Sequence record: DRR723986_16857
Strand: one strand, 5' to 3'
DNA length: 64,000 bases
Shown here: positions 9,675 to 21,151 of the stretch, one piece after another
How the letters are laid out: each line of letters starts with the position of its first letter
Numbering within the stretch: the stretch's first letter is position 1
Notes under the pieces: model-generated
Databases searched by the model: none
The model's input: only the letters and a program-made list of their open reading frames with translations
What the model was told of the DNA's origin: nothing
Translations under genes and position numbers: made by a program

Positions 9675-10520
9675 TCAGGCGACTGGCCACTGACCAGTGA
9701 ATACTTCTTCCGCCGGGCCGGTCATGAAGACGTGATTCGATTCTTCGTCCCAACGCAGGTGGAGTGTACCACCAAGAAGGTCTATGGCGACTTCACGTTC
9801 GGCGACGCCGGTTAGCACACCCGCAACACAGACGGCACTAGCGCCCGTCCCGCAGGCCCACGTTTCGCCCGAGCCTCGCTCCCATGTTCGCTGCCGCAAG
9901 TGCGACCGCGAAAGTACTTCGACAAATTCTACGTTTGTACGTTCAGGAAACCGGGCGTCTGTTTCAATCTTGGGACCAAGTTGCAGCACCAGATCATCGT
10001 TGGCTTCATCAACAAAGGCTATGCAGTGGGGATTCCCCATCGAGACTGTCGTTACGTCTAGGTCGACGCCGTCGAACGATTGTGCGCTGCCGACAACTTG
10101 ATCGTCGTGCGAGCCGATTGTTGTTGGGATCTGTTGGCTTGCAAGTCCGGGTTCACCCATGTCGACCGTGACTTGGTCGACCAGTCCGTTGTTGACCGAG
10201 ACGGTAACGTTCAGCACTCCAGCACCGGTTTCGAGTGCCAGCTCTTGTTTTTGTGCGATGGCGTGATCGTAGACAAACTTTGCGACGCACCTGAGACCGT
10301 TGCCACACATCTCAGCTTCGCTTCCGTCGGCATTGTACATCGTCATTTTCGCGTCGGCACAATCGCTTGGACCGATCAAGATCAAGCCGTCAGCGCCTAC
10401 ACCGAAATGTCTGTGTGACATCTCGATGGCGAGTTCAGCAGCCGACTTGGGGAGAGTTTCTTCGAAGCAGTTGACGTAAACGTAGTCGTTTCCTGCTCCA
10501 TGCATCTTGGTGAATTTCAT
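9675..10520 (-). CDS. dapF: Diaminopimelate epimerase
   Basis: [23 protein letters not shown] and [13 protein letters not shown]. Confidence 0.97.
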   Translation of the reverse strand: MKFTKMHGAGNDYVYVNCFEETLPKSAAELAIEMSHRHFGVGADGLILIGPSDCADAKMTMYNADGSEAEMCGNGLRCVAKFVYDHAIAQKQELALETGAGVLNVTVSVNNGLVDQVTVDMGEPGLASQQIPTTIGSHDDQVVGSAQSFDGVDLDVTTVSMGNPHCIAFVDEANDDLVLQLGPKIETDARFPERTNVEFVEVLSRSHLRQRTWERGSGETWACGTGASAVCVAGVLTGVAEREVAIDLLGGTLHLRWDEESNHVFMTGPAEEVFTGQWPVA

Positions 10521-11222
10521 GCTGCCATCCCAACGGATCGAACAAAGTCAATGCTGCCCTAACTTGGGCCCATACGCGAGCGTCGATTTGTGCGCTTCCA
10601 GCGACAACGGGGATGATCAAACCGAGCCCGATCCGGGACGCACCTCGCGTGCCGTTTGGATCAACCCATGAGCTGGAAACAGGTCCAAGGATAACAGCAT
10701 CGACGCGTTACGTTAAGGATCCTCAGCCGCCATAGACATCAGCGGCACTGCAGATGTTCGCGGTCGTCAGACGCTTCACACCGCTGCCTGGTGATTTGCG
10801 GACGGTAACTTCCCGATCGGCAAATGCCGTGGAAGTACAGATGCGCCTACGCCAATCCTGTCTAGCAGATAATGTCTAGACGCGCGGGAGGCTCGCCGGG
10901 CAAACGCGGGGCTGGCTTGTGGGCCGTCTCCTGGTCGGATGTCTCATCCTCGCTGGATTTTGCCTGGGCTTGTTTCCTCGCCCCACGGTCGGCTAGTCCA
11001 TCGCCCTGCCCTTGTGCATCGCGATCTTGATTGGCTTGCTCGGACTGTTCAACGTTTGTCAGAGCGATGTTCCCGGTCGGTCCAATGGCGGGAGGCGTGT
11101 TGGGTTGGATTTGCAGTTTGCGTTAACTCCATCTTCGGAATGACGATATGCCTTTGAACAATGATGCGCATCACGAGTGTTGGTGACTTTGGATTGGATC
11201 TCCAGGCTAAACGGCGAAGCGG

Positions 11223-14200
11223 TCAGCGGCTCCACATTGAATCCTTGCGTTGTTTGGTTTGGTCAGTTTCCAGCTCGGGGAAAAGTTCTTGGATTGAGGC
11301 CAGTTGCGGAAACTGACGGCGTTGCATTTCGAAGTTGTCCAGTGTTCCGTCCACCTCAATCGTCATTAGTGTCGCCAATTGTGATTCTGGCACGACCGGA
11401 GAAAGAACACTGGAAAGCGGGATGCGGCGACCGACAGACATGTGCAGCGTCAATTCTATGTCGCGACGAAGTGTCGTCTTGCCGTCACCCTTGAGTCGCA
11501 CGAGGTCACCGTCGCAGGCGATTCGCAGCGGAATCTGGTCGCCCGAAATATCAAAGTCGATGGACGCTCGTTGGAAAGCGGAATCATCTCTGGCGCTCAC
11601 AGATGCGACTCGCAATAGTCGGATCATGAAAGGAAGCTGAAAGAGCTGCGCATCGGTGAGTTGAACGTTGCCGCCGCCGAGCCAAGTTTGCGGGGTCCAG
11701 GGAACGCCGGAAAAGTTAATCGTTGCGTTACACTTCGCCTTGGTCGACGCGCGATCGACGCCAACATCTTGAAGCAGCGAACTAAGTTCTGCATCATGAA
11801 GGCTGGAGACGATTTCAAACTTGCCACTATCGAGCTGTCCTACGCCCTCCAAAAGCAGCTCGCCTGCGAGTGCACGAGCCCGCATCTGAGTGTTTGTCCC
11901 CTGGCTGGTCGCTGGAGAGTTTTGGGGGACTCGATTGCCGAAGTACAGCGTGTTATCCATCACTAGGAACGGTCCTTGAAGGCTCGAGACGGGAACGTCC
12001 AGAATCTTCAAGGAATCCATTTCGACTCGCCCCGAACCCCTGACGTGTTCGCCATCACTGCTGCCACGCATGAAAATGGTGCCACGCATGTTACTGACCG
12101 ACTTGCCGGACGCCAACATTGCGTCTTCGACGTCTAGCTGGCAATTCCACGCTGTAACCGGCTTGGGGAAACTGGCGTTCGGGAACTTAATGCGACTAGT
12201 TCCGAGGACGCTAATGGGACCGCGAAAGTCAATCTTGAGCAGCGAATTTCGGATGGCTTCTGGCAGAGCGCTCAGCAACTCTGGATCAACCATTAAGTTG
12301 GTTGCGGGAAGCCAGCGAACGCTCGCCTCCCAGCGTCCGTCGTTCTGAGGCGTGCAGTTGCCGGACAAGGCGATGCTGCTGGATCGGTTCTTGCCAGATG
12401 CCCTGTAGATCTCGACCAATCCCGGCGTGTAGCGAACGTGGCATTCTGCATCGTTGAGTCGATAGGGGAAGCTCTTGGGGTGCAGCCGGAGGGCTCGTCC
12501 AGACGCCGCGTTGTCATCAGACTGCTCGTGGATAATGACCTCTGTCAAAAGCTCAGGAGAATCCCCGTGTCGTTGCAATGACATGTATACTTGGTCGACT
12601 GAGCCTTCCGGACGCAGTTCACGCCACACATCTTGGGTCTCACGCGGCAAGGCGGCGAACAGTGCTTCTCCAAGCGGAACCGAGAAAGCGTCGAACCGAA
12701 TGTTCATCGGCGTGTTGGGATGCCCGGACAGCCAGGTTCCAGAACAAAGGATGCGTCCGGAGTCGTTCCGGCCTTCGAACTTCGAAAGCTGCCATTCATT
12801 GTTCTTGGCGGAAATACGGCCTCGAATGTCGTAGATCGGATAGGCGAATTTTTCGTAACGAATGCGGGCATCGTAAACGTGTGCATCCAAGACGCGATCC
12901 CATTGCGGTTGGGATGGGCTAGACCGCGAAAAGATGAACGACTTCAATTCGACCGCACCGGCAGGTTCGAGCGAACGCACGAAAAGCTCTGCCGAGGACT
13001 TAATTGAGTTTCGGGGTGTGAGCGCTGAAATGAGTTGTTCATCAATTGCAACCGGTTCTAAGCCGCGACCCTCGAGTCGACCGAACCACTGTTCGTCTTG
13101 TTTGCTAAGACTGAATGATGCTTCAATCGGTTGACCGCCAGCGGTTCCTCTTAGCCCGATGCTGCTGACTGTGTTGTCGGCATAATTAACTGGGCCGTAG
13201 ATCTCTCGAAGTGGATAGGGAAACAGCCATGGCTGAAGCGAGACGCCGTCGCACTGCATTGTGCAGTTCGGCGTCCATTTGTTGCCATCAAAGGAGAGGT
13301 CGATTCGGCCAGACATGCGGCCGGATGGGCGGAGCTTGTCCCACGCCACGCGAAGTTTCTCGGGGAGTGATCGATACAGTCGTCCGTCCAGTTCAAGGTT
13401 GGACGCGCGAGCGCGAATCTCGATCGGGCTGCTTGCGCTCAATCCAAAGATGTTCGCATCCATCGACAGCGCTGCTGCGCCACTGTGGGCGTTGAAGTTC
13501 TTCAGCGAAACGATGTTGTTGTCGCAGTAAAATTCGCCATGGGCATCTTCCAGTGGGTAGGGCAAACGAATGTCTTTGAGTTTGCCGGATTCGATCTTGC
13601 CGCGAACGGTGAACGTTGGTGTTCCATTGTCACTTGAACTGGCCTCAAAATTTCCGTGCAGAATACAATCAAGGCCGGCGAGTTGTGTTGAGATCTTACT
13701 TGAGATTTCCGCTGGCAATTGCCGTAGCAGTGAGTTGCCGAAGTGGAGGCGTTCTACGGTGCCGCCAATCTTCCAGGCACGATTCTCGGTGCAAAGATTG
13801 CCGGCGATCTTGATGCTGCTGATCAGGCCGCTACTTTCGCCTGAAAGCAACATTTGGTGTTGTTGCTTGCCATCGCTGCTTGATCCAACGCTTCCGTTGA
13901 TGTTGTGAACCACCAACGGCGAAGTCATCTGTGCTTCGTCCGCAAATACCCGAACGGTACTTGAGTAGATCGTGACCTTGGGTGGCGGAGGGCTATTGGG
14001 TTTGTTGTGCGGCTTGAGGCATTCCACTGACCATCGTGCGGCCGCCTTCTCCCACCAAACGCCCAGCCGAGCGCCATACAGGTGGACTTCACGCACGCGC
14101 GTGGTTTGTCGCGCCCAGTCGGCAATATCCAAGTCGCCGCGCAAGACGACGCGTTCGGCTGAGAAGACTGGTCGTCGACCCGTTTTCGACGCAAGTTTAA

Positions 14201-14537
14201 CGTTGGCCAGTTCGATCGTATTGGGATCAACGCTGGTGACACTTCCGACGTAAACGTCGCTCCCTGGCAAGAGCGTCTGCAGCTCCGCTACGACCGTCCC
14301 GCGTAGTTTGGAGCCGTACTTCTTGAGCACAAGCTTGTAGCAGAGCAGAGTTGCTAGGCAAGCGAGAAAGATAATGAGCAGTTTGGTTGGGATGTCAGAC
14401 GATTTAGCCGCCTGCTTGGTTTTTGGTGCAGTGCTGTGTTCTGCAGCCGCTTTTCGCAAATTGTCACCGCGCAGCAACGATCTCCTCGACTGGACAGTCG
14501 GTGATGCTAGCTCGTGTTGAGGTTGCTTGGCTTGCAC
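11223..14537 (-). CDS. Large beta-rich envelope protein, AsmA-like
   Basis: 1104 aa, single N-terminal TM helix, repeated beta-strand pattern (PYPL..G repeats), C-terminus resembling AsmA-like C-terminal regions; start codon uncertain. Confidence 0.6.
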   Translation of the reverse strand: MQAKQPQHELASPTVQSRRSLLRGDNLRKAAAEHSTAPKTKQAAKSSDIPTKLLIIFLACLATLLCYKLVLKKYGSKLRGTVVAELQTLLPGSDVYVGSVTSVDPNTIELANVKLASKTGRRPVFSAERVVLRGDLDIADWARQTTRVREVHLYGARLGVWWEKAAARWSVECLKPHNKPNSPPPPKVTIYSSTVRVFADEAQMTSPLVVHNINGSVGSSSDGKQQHQMLLSGESSGLISSIKIAGNLCTENRAWKIGGTVERLHFGNSLLRQLPAEISSKISTQLAGLDCILHGNFEASSSDNGTPTFTVRGKIESGKLKDIRLPYPLEDAHGEFYCDNNIVSLKNFNAHSGAAALSMDANIFGLSASSPIEIRARASNLELDGRLYRSLPEKLRVAWDKLRPSGRMSGRIDLSFDGNKWTPNCTMQCDGVSLQPWLFPYPLREIYGPVNYADNTVSSIGLRGTAGGQPIEASFSLSKQDEQWFGRLEGRGLEPVAIDEQLISALTPRNSIKSSAELFVRSLEPAGAVELKSFIFSRSSPSQPQWDRVLDAHVYDARIRYEKFAYPIYDIRGRISAKNNEWQLSKFEGRNDSGRILCSGTWLSGHPNTPMNIRFDAFSVPLGEALFAALPRETQDVWRELRPEGSVDQVYMSLQRHGDSPELLTEVIIHEQSDDNAASGRALRLHPKSFPYRLNDAECHVRYTPGLVEIYRASGKNRSSSIALSGNCTPQNDGRWEASVRWLPATNLMVDPELLSALPEAIRNSLLKIDFRGPISVLGTSRIKFPNASFPKPVTAWNCQLDVEDAMLASGKSVSNMRGTIFMRGSSDGEHVRGSGRVEMDSLKILDVPVSSLQGPFLVMDNTLYFGNRVPQNSPATSQGTNTQMRARALAGELLLEGVGQLDSGKFEIVSSLHDAELSSLLQDVGVDRASTKAKCNATINFSGVPWTPQTWLGGGNVQLTDAQLFQLPFMIRLLRVASVSARDDSAFQRASIDFDISGDQIPLRIACDGDLVRLKGDGKTTLRRDIELTLHMSVGRRIPLSSVLSPVVPESQLATLMTIEVDGTLDNFEMQRRQFPQLASIQELFPELETDQTKQRKDSMWSR

Positions 14538-14607
14538 GCTGTTGACGCACTCAGTACGGCATCGCCGGTTTGATTCTTGCTACTGCAGAAAGTGCAATTG
14601 CAATGAA

Positions 14608-15921
14608 CTACGAACGCCGGCGGATAAGTTCTAACGCCCACGAAAGTGTGACTGCTGCTAGGGCGATCAGCACAAAAACCGCGGGTTCTCGATATCGAAT
14701 AGAACCAACAAATACCATGTGCAACGCAGTGAAGTAAAGGCAAGGAATCCAGCAGGCCCAAACGGACCACCGCAATTGCTCTTTGCTGCTATCAGATGAA
14801 TTGCTTGCATTGCGACTGAGCACAATCCACGACCCCAAGATGGCCAGCGTTAGAACAGGGAACGTTGAGAATGTGATAGCAATTCTTAGGGTAGTGGAAC
14901 CGAGTTCGCCTCCATCGGGCCAGAGGCTCCACGTTCGGAGAAACTTATGGCCGGCAAGCTCGATTGTCCGCCAAGGGTTTTGGCGGGCCCAGTTGATTGC
15001 GTCAGTCGATGCCCGGTTGTTGATTCGCCATTCCAGCGTGCTTGTCAGCGCAGCTTGGCCCTGCTCCGCGTCCTCCGCCTTCTGAGCCAAATAGGTTTCA
15101 TCCATGAAGCTCATGCCGGTGTCGCTCGCGCCCGTGGCACCTTCATGCAAACCATCCCGAAGGCTGGGGCCTACTTGCAATGTCGTTGGGACAAATTTTC
15201 CGGTGACTATTGCGTTACGGACCCACCAGGGACTCATTGTGACGGCAAGACCCGCGATTGCGATCAACGTGATTTGCAACTGCTTGCGTCGATTCGGCAG
15301 GATTGTCGCGGCTGCTAGTACACCTGCCGGGAGCATCAGCAAAAGGCTTGGGCGAGTCAAAATCGCTAGTCCTGCAAGAACGCCCGCGGCAATAGCCCAG
15401 CGATTGGGAGTGTTGCTATGGGTCGCTTTTGCCCATGCAAGAAGATAGGCAATAAACAGCGGCATGAAGAGAGCTTCGGCCAGAACTGTAACGCTCATTC
15501 CGACGGCTGACGGGTAGACGGCCGCAATGGCTGACGTCAAGAGTCCGGGGAGTTCCCCGAATTGATCTCGGAAGCACTGGTTTGCAAATTTCCCAAGTAA
15601 CAGAACGGCAACGACTCCAAGGCCACAACCAAGTAGTCTTGCTAGCCAGACCGCCATCGATGGATCGCTGGCCAGTGTGAGCGGTGCAAGTAGGATCGGG
15701 TACAGCGGAGCTCTGAAAACGCTTGCGTCGGGGCTTCCATACTGGTAGGGGGCGAAGTTGGCGATTTGTTCGGCCAACGTCCAATAGCTGAGGCTGTCGC
15801 CCAGGCGGAATAGATTGTCTTCCGCTTCCGCTTTGCTATGCCAATAATGCGCCGCCGATACTCGGGCGAGAAGCGCAATTGCGATAATTAGTAGCCAGGC
15901 AACAGACTTCTTCGTCATCAT
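14608..15921 (-). CDS. ArnT/PMT-like (GT-C) membrane glycosyltransferase
   Basis: Multi-TM; DSLSY, RAPLYP, AEALF, LTRP, PWWVRN and IRYR motifs. Confidence 0.75.
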   Translation of the reverse strand: MMTKKSVAWLLIIAIALLARVSAAHYWHSKAEAEDNLFRLGDSLSYWTLAEQIANFAPYQYGSPDASVFRAPLYPILLAPLTLASDPSMAVWLARLLGCGLGVVAVLLLGKFANQCFRDQFGELPGLLTSAIAAVYPSAVGMSVTVLAEALFMPLFIAYLLAWAKATHSNTPNRWAIAAGVLAGLAILTRPSLLLMLPAGVLAAATILPNRRKQLQITLIAIAGLAVTMSPWWVRNAIVTGKFVPTTLQVGPSLRDGLHEGATGASDTGMSFMDETYLAQKAEDAEQGQAALTSTLEWRINNRASTDAINWARQNPWRTIELAGHKFLRTWSLWPDGGELGSTTLRIAITFSTFPVLTLAILGSWIVLSRNASNSSDSSKEQLRWSVWACWIPCLYFTALHMVFVGSIRYREPAVFVLIALAAVTLSWALELIRRRS

Positions 15922-15931
15922 GGCAAATGCG

Positions 15932-17311
15932 CTAAGCTACGGCTGCTCGACTGGCAGAATGGCCCGTTTGTTGTGCATTGTCGGTATTGCGGACCAGTGC
16001 ACCTGAGACAAGCGGGCAAGCGGGGCGTGCCGCTTCCTGTGGGCGAGCTAACGCGATACCAACAAGATGGCCGCCAAAGGCGAGTGATAGTTTCATGCCG
16101 CGATCGATGGTCAGTTGGGTGCCTTCACCGATGAGGCAATCGAGATTGCCAAATGATTCTTGTTCGGTTGTGTTCATCGTTGGCGGAGCGTAACCGTCTC
16201 GAATGGCCAGTGCAAGCAATGCCAGTTCCATACTGCCGGCAGCATTGATCATGTGACCAATAACAGCTTTGTTGCTGCTCATGACCACCTCATCCGCCTG
16301 GTCTCCCAAGCTTCGGCGAACTGCGAGCATTTCACTTCGGTCATTCTGTTCGGTTCCAGTGCCGTGAGCACTGATGTACTGCGGGCCGTTGCTCATCCAG
16401 CCAGCTTTGTGATTCAATCGTTTGATAAGATGGCTGAGCGTGTCTGCATCATCGTCGAGACCCGTTACATGGTGTGCCTGACAGAGGGTTTGGCTGCCGG
16501 CAATTTCAGCATAAATCGTTGCACCGCGAGCAATGGCATGGGAACGCTTTTCAAGAACCATCATGGCACCGCCTTCACCAATAACGAAGCCGTTGCGGGC
16601 TTTGTCGAACGGGCGGCAGGCAGAAGCGGGGTCTTCGTGGCGTCCGATGACACCCATGCGATTGAACGCTGCCATGACTAAGTCAGTAACTGCGTCGGTT
16701 GCCCCGCACAGTGCAAAATCTGCTTGGTCATCCTGGATGAGTCGAGCCCCTGCGATGGTGCTGACGAGACCGCTGGCGCAGGCCGTTGTATGGCACAGTC
16801 GAGGTCCTTCGAGTCCAAATTGCCGCCCGATGATCCCACTCGCGCTGCACGGCAAGAACTCTGTGTACCAATCTTGACGCTCACCGGCCTGAGTCGTATC
16901 GCGTGATTCAGCAGGCATCCGCGTGTAGCCGATATCACCAAACTGCGCCGAGATGCTGGTCGCAATCCGCCCGCGATCGACGGCTGAGAAATCGATCTGT
17001 GCGTCCGCTAGTGCCTCCTCGGCGACTAGCTGGCTGAGCTGTAGTGATTTGAGAGGTTGGCCCGTTCGGTAACTATTATCGGTTTGTGAATTGTCCAACC
17101 AATCGACCATGGCGGTCGGTAGTTCCAGATTCCCGACTCCATCAGACGGACGCGTAAGGCGAACGCCTCGTGTTCCTCGCTGGATCTCGCCCCAGACCTT
17201 TTGTTTGCCCGCCCCCAGACTGCAGGCGACTCCCATACCCGTAATTACAATTGGGTCAGAAGAATCTGCTGGTTTGGGAAAGTGAAGTGTTTTGGGTGAG
17301 GAGCCTGCCAT
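15932..17311 (-). CDS. Beta-ketoacyl-ACP synthase (FabF-like paralogue)
   Basis: VITGMG, TACASG (Cys), AHGTGT (His), GHMINAAG (His), CRPFD..RNGFVIGEG; ATG at 17311. Confidence 0.88.
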   Translation of the reverse strand: MAGSSPKTLHFPKPADSSDPIVITGMGVACSLGAGKQKVWGEIQRGTRGVRLTRPSDGVGNLELPTAMVDWLDNSQTDNSYRTGQPLKSLQLSQLVAEEALADAQIDFSAVDRGRIATSISAQFGDIGYTRMPAESRDTTQAGERQDWYTEFLPCSASGIIGRQFGLEGPRLCHTTACASGLVSTIAGARLIQDDQADFALCGATDAVTDLVMAAFNRMGVIGRHEDPASACRPFDKARNGFVIGEGGAMMVLEKRSHAIARGATIYAEIAGSQTLCQAHHVTGLDDDADTLSHLIKRLNHKAGWMSNGPQYISAHGTGTEQNDRSEMLAVRRSLGDQADEVVMSSNKAVIGHMINAAGSMELALLALAIRDGYAPPTMNTTEQESFGNLDCLIGEGTQLTIDRGMKLSLAFGGHLVGIALARPQEAARPACPLVSGALVRNTDNAQQTGHSASRAAVA

Positions 17312-17596
17312 GGGACTCACATCCGCGCTGCTTGAGTACAAAGTTGTGTTCTGGACAACGGAAGCCGCAACAGCTTTGACTCGGCTCAGTTGGCCAGGCA
17401 AGGTGCGTTCGACGAATTGCTTTGCAAAACGGCACTTCCGAACTCTTCGTTTATCGCAGCTATCGGGGCTTCGAGGCAAGAGCAGCTCTTGATGCAAATT
17501 TGCTAGCTAGTCACAGCGTTTCCCATCCAGAGCGGCCCCTCGCGAACCAAGGGCTGTTAAATCTAGCACTGTGTTGTTGCTGACGGAGCGATGGTG

Positions 17597-18247
17597 CTAC
17601 GCCTTCTTTGTTTCAATTGGCTTTCGCCGAGGAAACAAATGCTTGCAAATACCACACTTCGTACCGTCGCATCCGCGGGCGGTGCAGTGCTCGCGACCGT
17701 AAAAGATGATCTGAAGGTGGAGGTCGTTCCAGGAAGCCTCCGGGAAGAGCTTCTTCAGATCACGTTCCGTCCTTTGAACACTGCTACCATTGGTCAAACG
17801 CCATCGCTGCGCTAATCGATGAATGTGTGTGTCCACTGGAAAGGCCGGATGACCAAACGCTTGGGCCATTACGACCGAGGCAGTTTTATGTCCAACGCCT
17901 GGAAGCGCCTCGAGTGCTTCGAAAGATGCTGGGACCTGCCCATCATATTCGTCGGTTAGGATCCGCGACAACTTCTTAATTGCAGCAGACTTGCGAGGTG
18001 CCAATCCAAGCTTGCGGATCGCAGCAAGAATATCCTCCTGCGGAATCTTGCTCATTGCCTCGGGCGTATCTGCCAATTCCCAAAGCCCTGGAGTCACTGT
18101 ATTGACCATTTTGTCAGTGCACTGCGCACTCAACAGAACGGCGACCAATAGCGTGTAGGCGTCGCGATGATCTAACGGGATCGGTGGCGAAGGATAAAGA
18201 CGGGCCAATTCACCGCTTATCCATTCTGCTCGCTCCGCCTTGCGCAT
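17597..18247 (-). CDS. nth: Endonuclease III
   Basis: LLSAQCTD, LPGVGHKTA HhH, VDTHIHR and C-terminal Fe-S Cys cluster. Confidence 0.95.
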   Translation of the reverse strand: MRKAERAEWISGELARLYPSPPIPLDHRDAYTLLVAVLLSAQCTDKMVNTVTPGLWELADTPEAMSKIPQEDILAAIRKLGLAPRKSAAIKKLSRILTDEYDGQVPASFEALEALPGVGHKTASVVMAQAFGHPAFPVDTHIHRLAQRWRLTNGSSVQRTERDLKKLFPEASWNDLHLQIIFYGREHCTARGCDGTKCGICKHLFPRRKPIETKKA

Positions 18248-18473
18248 GAAAAGTGTCTCTGGTTTTTGGTTGCGAAGTGGTCCAATGCTAACAAACTGCG
18301 GGGGCAATACACTATCATATTCTCCCCGCTTGGCATCCCGCGAACCGATGGTTTACTGAACTCAAAAGCCGAGTTTGCCCCATCGATTCTGTTGGTCCAG
18401 CGATGACTTCTGCGGCGCCCAGCACAGGCCGTACAGATCCTTCCGCCCCTCCCATCAGTTTGGAGAACACTCA

Positions 18474-20006
18474 ATGGCAAACCTAAACCGTCGAAAATTT
18501 GTCGCCTCCTCTGCTGGCCTTGCCGCACTTGCCAGCAATCCAAGCAGGTTTGTCCATGCATCGCAGACCGATCCCGAGCCAACGAAGAGTCCGAATTCGT
18601 TGATGAATGCCGCCATCATCGGCGTTCGCGGGCGAGGCGGTTCGCACATCGGTGGCATGATCGGGCTTGATGGTGTCCAGGTTAGCCACATCTGCGATAT
18701 TGATTCGGCGCAACTAGATCGTCGCGGCAAGGAGATCGAAAAGAAACAAGGTAAAGCACCGAAGTACGAGACGGACATGCGGCGCATGTTCGACGATAAA
18801 TCAATCGATGTGGTTACCATCGCAACTCCCAACCACTGGCACGCCCTGGCTGGGATATGGGCGATGCAGGCAGGGAAAGACACCTACATTGAAAAACCAG
18901 TCTGCCACAACATCGTTGAAGGCTCCGCACTGATCGCGGCGGCGCGATATTACAAACGCATGTGTCAGGTCGGCACCCAGTGTCGAAGCAGCGCGGCTGT
19001 CCAAGGGGCCGTGGAATTCATTCAGTCCGGTGGAATTGGTGAAGTCAACTTTGCACGCGGTCTCTGTTACAAGCGTCGCAAGTCAATTGGCGCACTTGGC
19101 GACTACGAACTGCCCAGTCAAGTCGACTTCAATCTATGGAGCGGCCCAGCCGAGTTGAGCGATCCAAAGCTGACGCGCCAGCAGTTCCACTACGATTGGC
19201 ACTGGCAGCGGCTCTACGGCAATGGCGACCTTGGCAACCAGGGACCTCACCAAACCGACATCGCTCGATGGGGACTCGGAATCGATTCGCACCCCAACTC
19301 GATTGTCAGCTACGGCGGACGGCTCGGTTACCAAGCGGAACGGAACGACCCGAACTATGTCGATGCCGGCGATACCGCTAATACGGAAGTCTCCATCTAC
19401 GACTACGGCGATAAGTGCATCGTCTTCGAAACTCGCGGCTTGAGCGTCGACAATTCCGATGATGCCGAACTGAATCGATTGTTCGATTCAACCAAGGGTA
19501 ATAAGATCGGAGTCGTCTTCTATGGAAGCAAGGGCTATGTAGTGCAGCGGAGCTACACCAATTGCATTGCCTACGACAAGGATTTCAACGTTATCAAGGA
19601 GTTCAAGGGCGGCGGCGATCACTTCGCGAATTTCATCGAGGCTTGTCGCACGCGTGACTACACCTCGCTAAACGCCGACGTGCGCGAGGGGCATTTGTCC
19701 GCGGGCATCAGCCACCTTGGCAATATCTCTTACTACGTTGGCGAAGCAGAGCATGCGTCACCGAAGGAGATTGCTCAAGAGCTGAGTTCAGTGAAGGGGC
19801 TCGACGACAATCAAGCCACGCTAGATCGAACTGTGAAGCACCTAGAGCGTAATGGTGTTGATTTGGACAAGTATCCGTTGTCGCTTGGACCGAAACTAGA
19901 TTTTGATCCTGAGAAAGAAGTCTTCACCAACTCCGATGCAGCAAATGCAATGTTGACTCGGAAGTACCGCGACGAATTCGTTTGCCCAACGGCAGACAAC
20001 GTTTAG
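18474..20006 (+). CDS. Tat-exported Gfo/Idh/MocA family oxidoreductase
   Basis: NRRKF twin-arginine signal, IGVRGRG, ATPNHWH, YIEKP. Confidence 0.9.
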   Translation: MANLNRRKFVASSAGLAALASNPSRFVHASQTDPEPTKSPNSLMNAAIIGVRGRGGSHIGGMIGLDGVQVSHICDIDSAQLDRRGKEIEKKQGKAPKYETDMRRMFDDKSIDVVTIATPNHWHALAGIWAMQAGKDTYIEKPVCHNIVEGSALIAAARYYKRMCQVGTQCRSSAAVQGAVEFIQSGGIGEVNFARGLCYKRRKSIGALGDYELPSQVDFNLWSGPAELSDPKLTRQQFHYDWHWQRLYGNGDLGNQGPHQTDIARWGLGIDSHPNSIVSYGGRLGYQAERNDPNYVDAGDTANTEVSIYDYGDKCIVFETRGLSVDNSDDAELNRLFDSTKGNKIGVVFYGSKGYVVQRSYTNCIAYDKDFNVIKEFKGGGDHFANFIEACRTRDYTSLNADVREGHLSAGISHLGNISYYVGEAEHASPKEIAQELSSVKGLDDNQATLDRTVKHLERNGVDLDKYPLSLGPKLDFDPEKEVFTNSDAANAMLTRKYRDEFVCPTADNV

Positions 20007-20100
20007 GTCGGCTTGGTCGACATTTGAAATAGCGGTGCTGCGTTTGGCGACGTTGGTTGCGCAAACGTGGCACCACGTCAGGTCAGCAGGTCTTCGCGGT

Positions 20101-20832
20101 CTAGAGTTTTTCCGTGAATGGTGGAGCTTCGTTTTGGAGCTCTGCCATTGCATTCCCCGCCGCTCGCTGTTCGGCGTCTTTCTTGGTTCGTCCCCAAGCA
20201 GGCGTAAACTGCTTGTTCTTGATCTCTGCGGAGATTTGGAAGAGCTTGCTGTGGTCTGGGCCAGTTTCAGCCAATAGTCGGTAGATTGGTGCAGCCCCAT
20301 GATCTTTTTGAGCAAGTTGCTGAAGCGCTGATTTATGGTTGCCGATCGAGTGCCCTTCGACAGCCTGCCTGAGTTCATCCTTCATTGTCTTTAGGATGAA
20401 AGTGGTGGCGTCTTCAATTCCGCCGTCCAGGTAGATGGCCGCGATGATGGCTTCGTAAACGTCCGACAGGAGACTCTTGGGGACTCCAGCGGGACGCAAC
20501 ATGCCTTTGCCAAGAAATAGGCAGCTTTCTAGCTCCAACTTCCGACTCACCCGTGCGCAAACTCGGCGGCTGACTACGGCGGATTTTATCTGCGTCAGTT
20601 CGCCTTCAAGGTATTCGGAATGCTGCTTGAAAAGCCACTGGCAGATCGTGAACCCTAGCACTGAATCGCCCAGAAACTCAAGTCGCTCGTTAGATTCGAG
20701 TCGGTTCTGCGCCCCAGAAGCGTGCGTCAGTGCAGCTCGAAGGATGGCAATGTCCTTGAACCTATAGCCAATTTGCCCTTGGCAGAATTCGAGCTTCTCT
20801 TGCTCGTTTCGCTCTGTTGTCTCACTGGACAT
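20101..20832 (-). CDS. rnc: Ribonuclease III
   Basis: NERLEFLGDSVL, DVYEAIIAAIYLD and C-terminal dsRBD. Confidence 0.97.
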   Translation of the reverse strand: MSSETTERNEQEKLEFCQGQIGYRFKDIAILRAALTHASGAQNRLESNERLEFLGDSVLGFTICQWLFKQHSEYLEGELTQIKSAVVSRRVCARVSRKLELESCLFLGKGMLRPAGVPKSLLSDVYEAIIAAIYLDGGIEDATTFILKTMKDELRQAVEGHSIGNHKSALQQLAQKDHGAAPIYRLLAETGPDHSKLFQISAEIKNKQFTPAWGRTKKDAEQRAAGNAMAELQNEAPPFTEKL

Positions 20833-21151
20833 AGGAAGGCGTTTATGAGGTTGAACTTGATAACGGGCTCACCAAGTAGGCGTTTCTGGGAAGTTGGACT
20901 CTACCCAGGATAGGGGTGAAAACTAGTCGTCTTGGTCCGCTTTGTCAATGTAACTCCCGCTAGCAAACGGAGTTGTGCGGAAAATTCATCTCGCCAAGGG
21001 CAAAGAATCTTGAGTCAAGATTCGCACCCTCCTGATAACGTAACCTAGAGTTCAGTGGCCTGCGCGGCTTGGTAGATTCCCTACCGAATAATTGCGGTCC
21101 CCCGCAGTTGGCTTCAGGCGTTCACTGGTCACTTCATGGTTAGGATTCCCT

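Noticed and set aside
10621-11222. 600-bp gap between dapF and the AsmA-like gene: possible ncRNA or small gene
   Set aside because: There is a protein-like minus-strand frame (…EQSEQANQDRD…RLDIIC*), but it lacks an ATG/GTG/TTG start near its 5' end, and I recognised no RNA motif.
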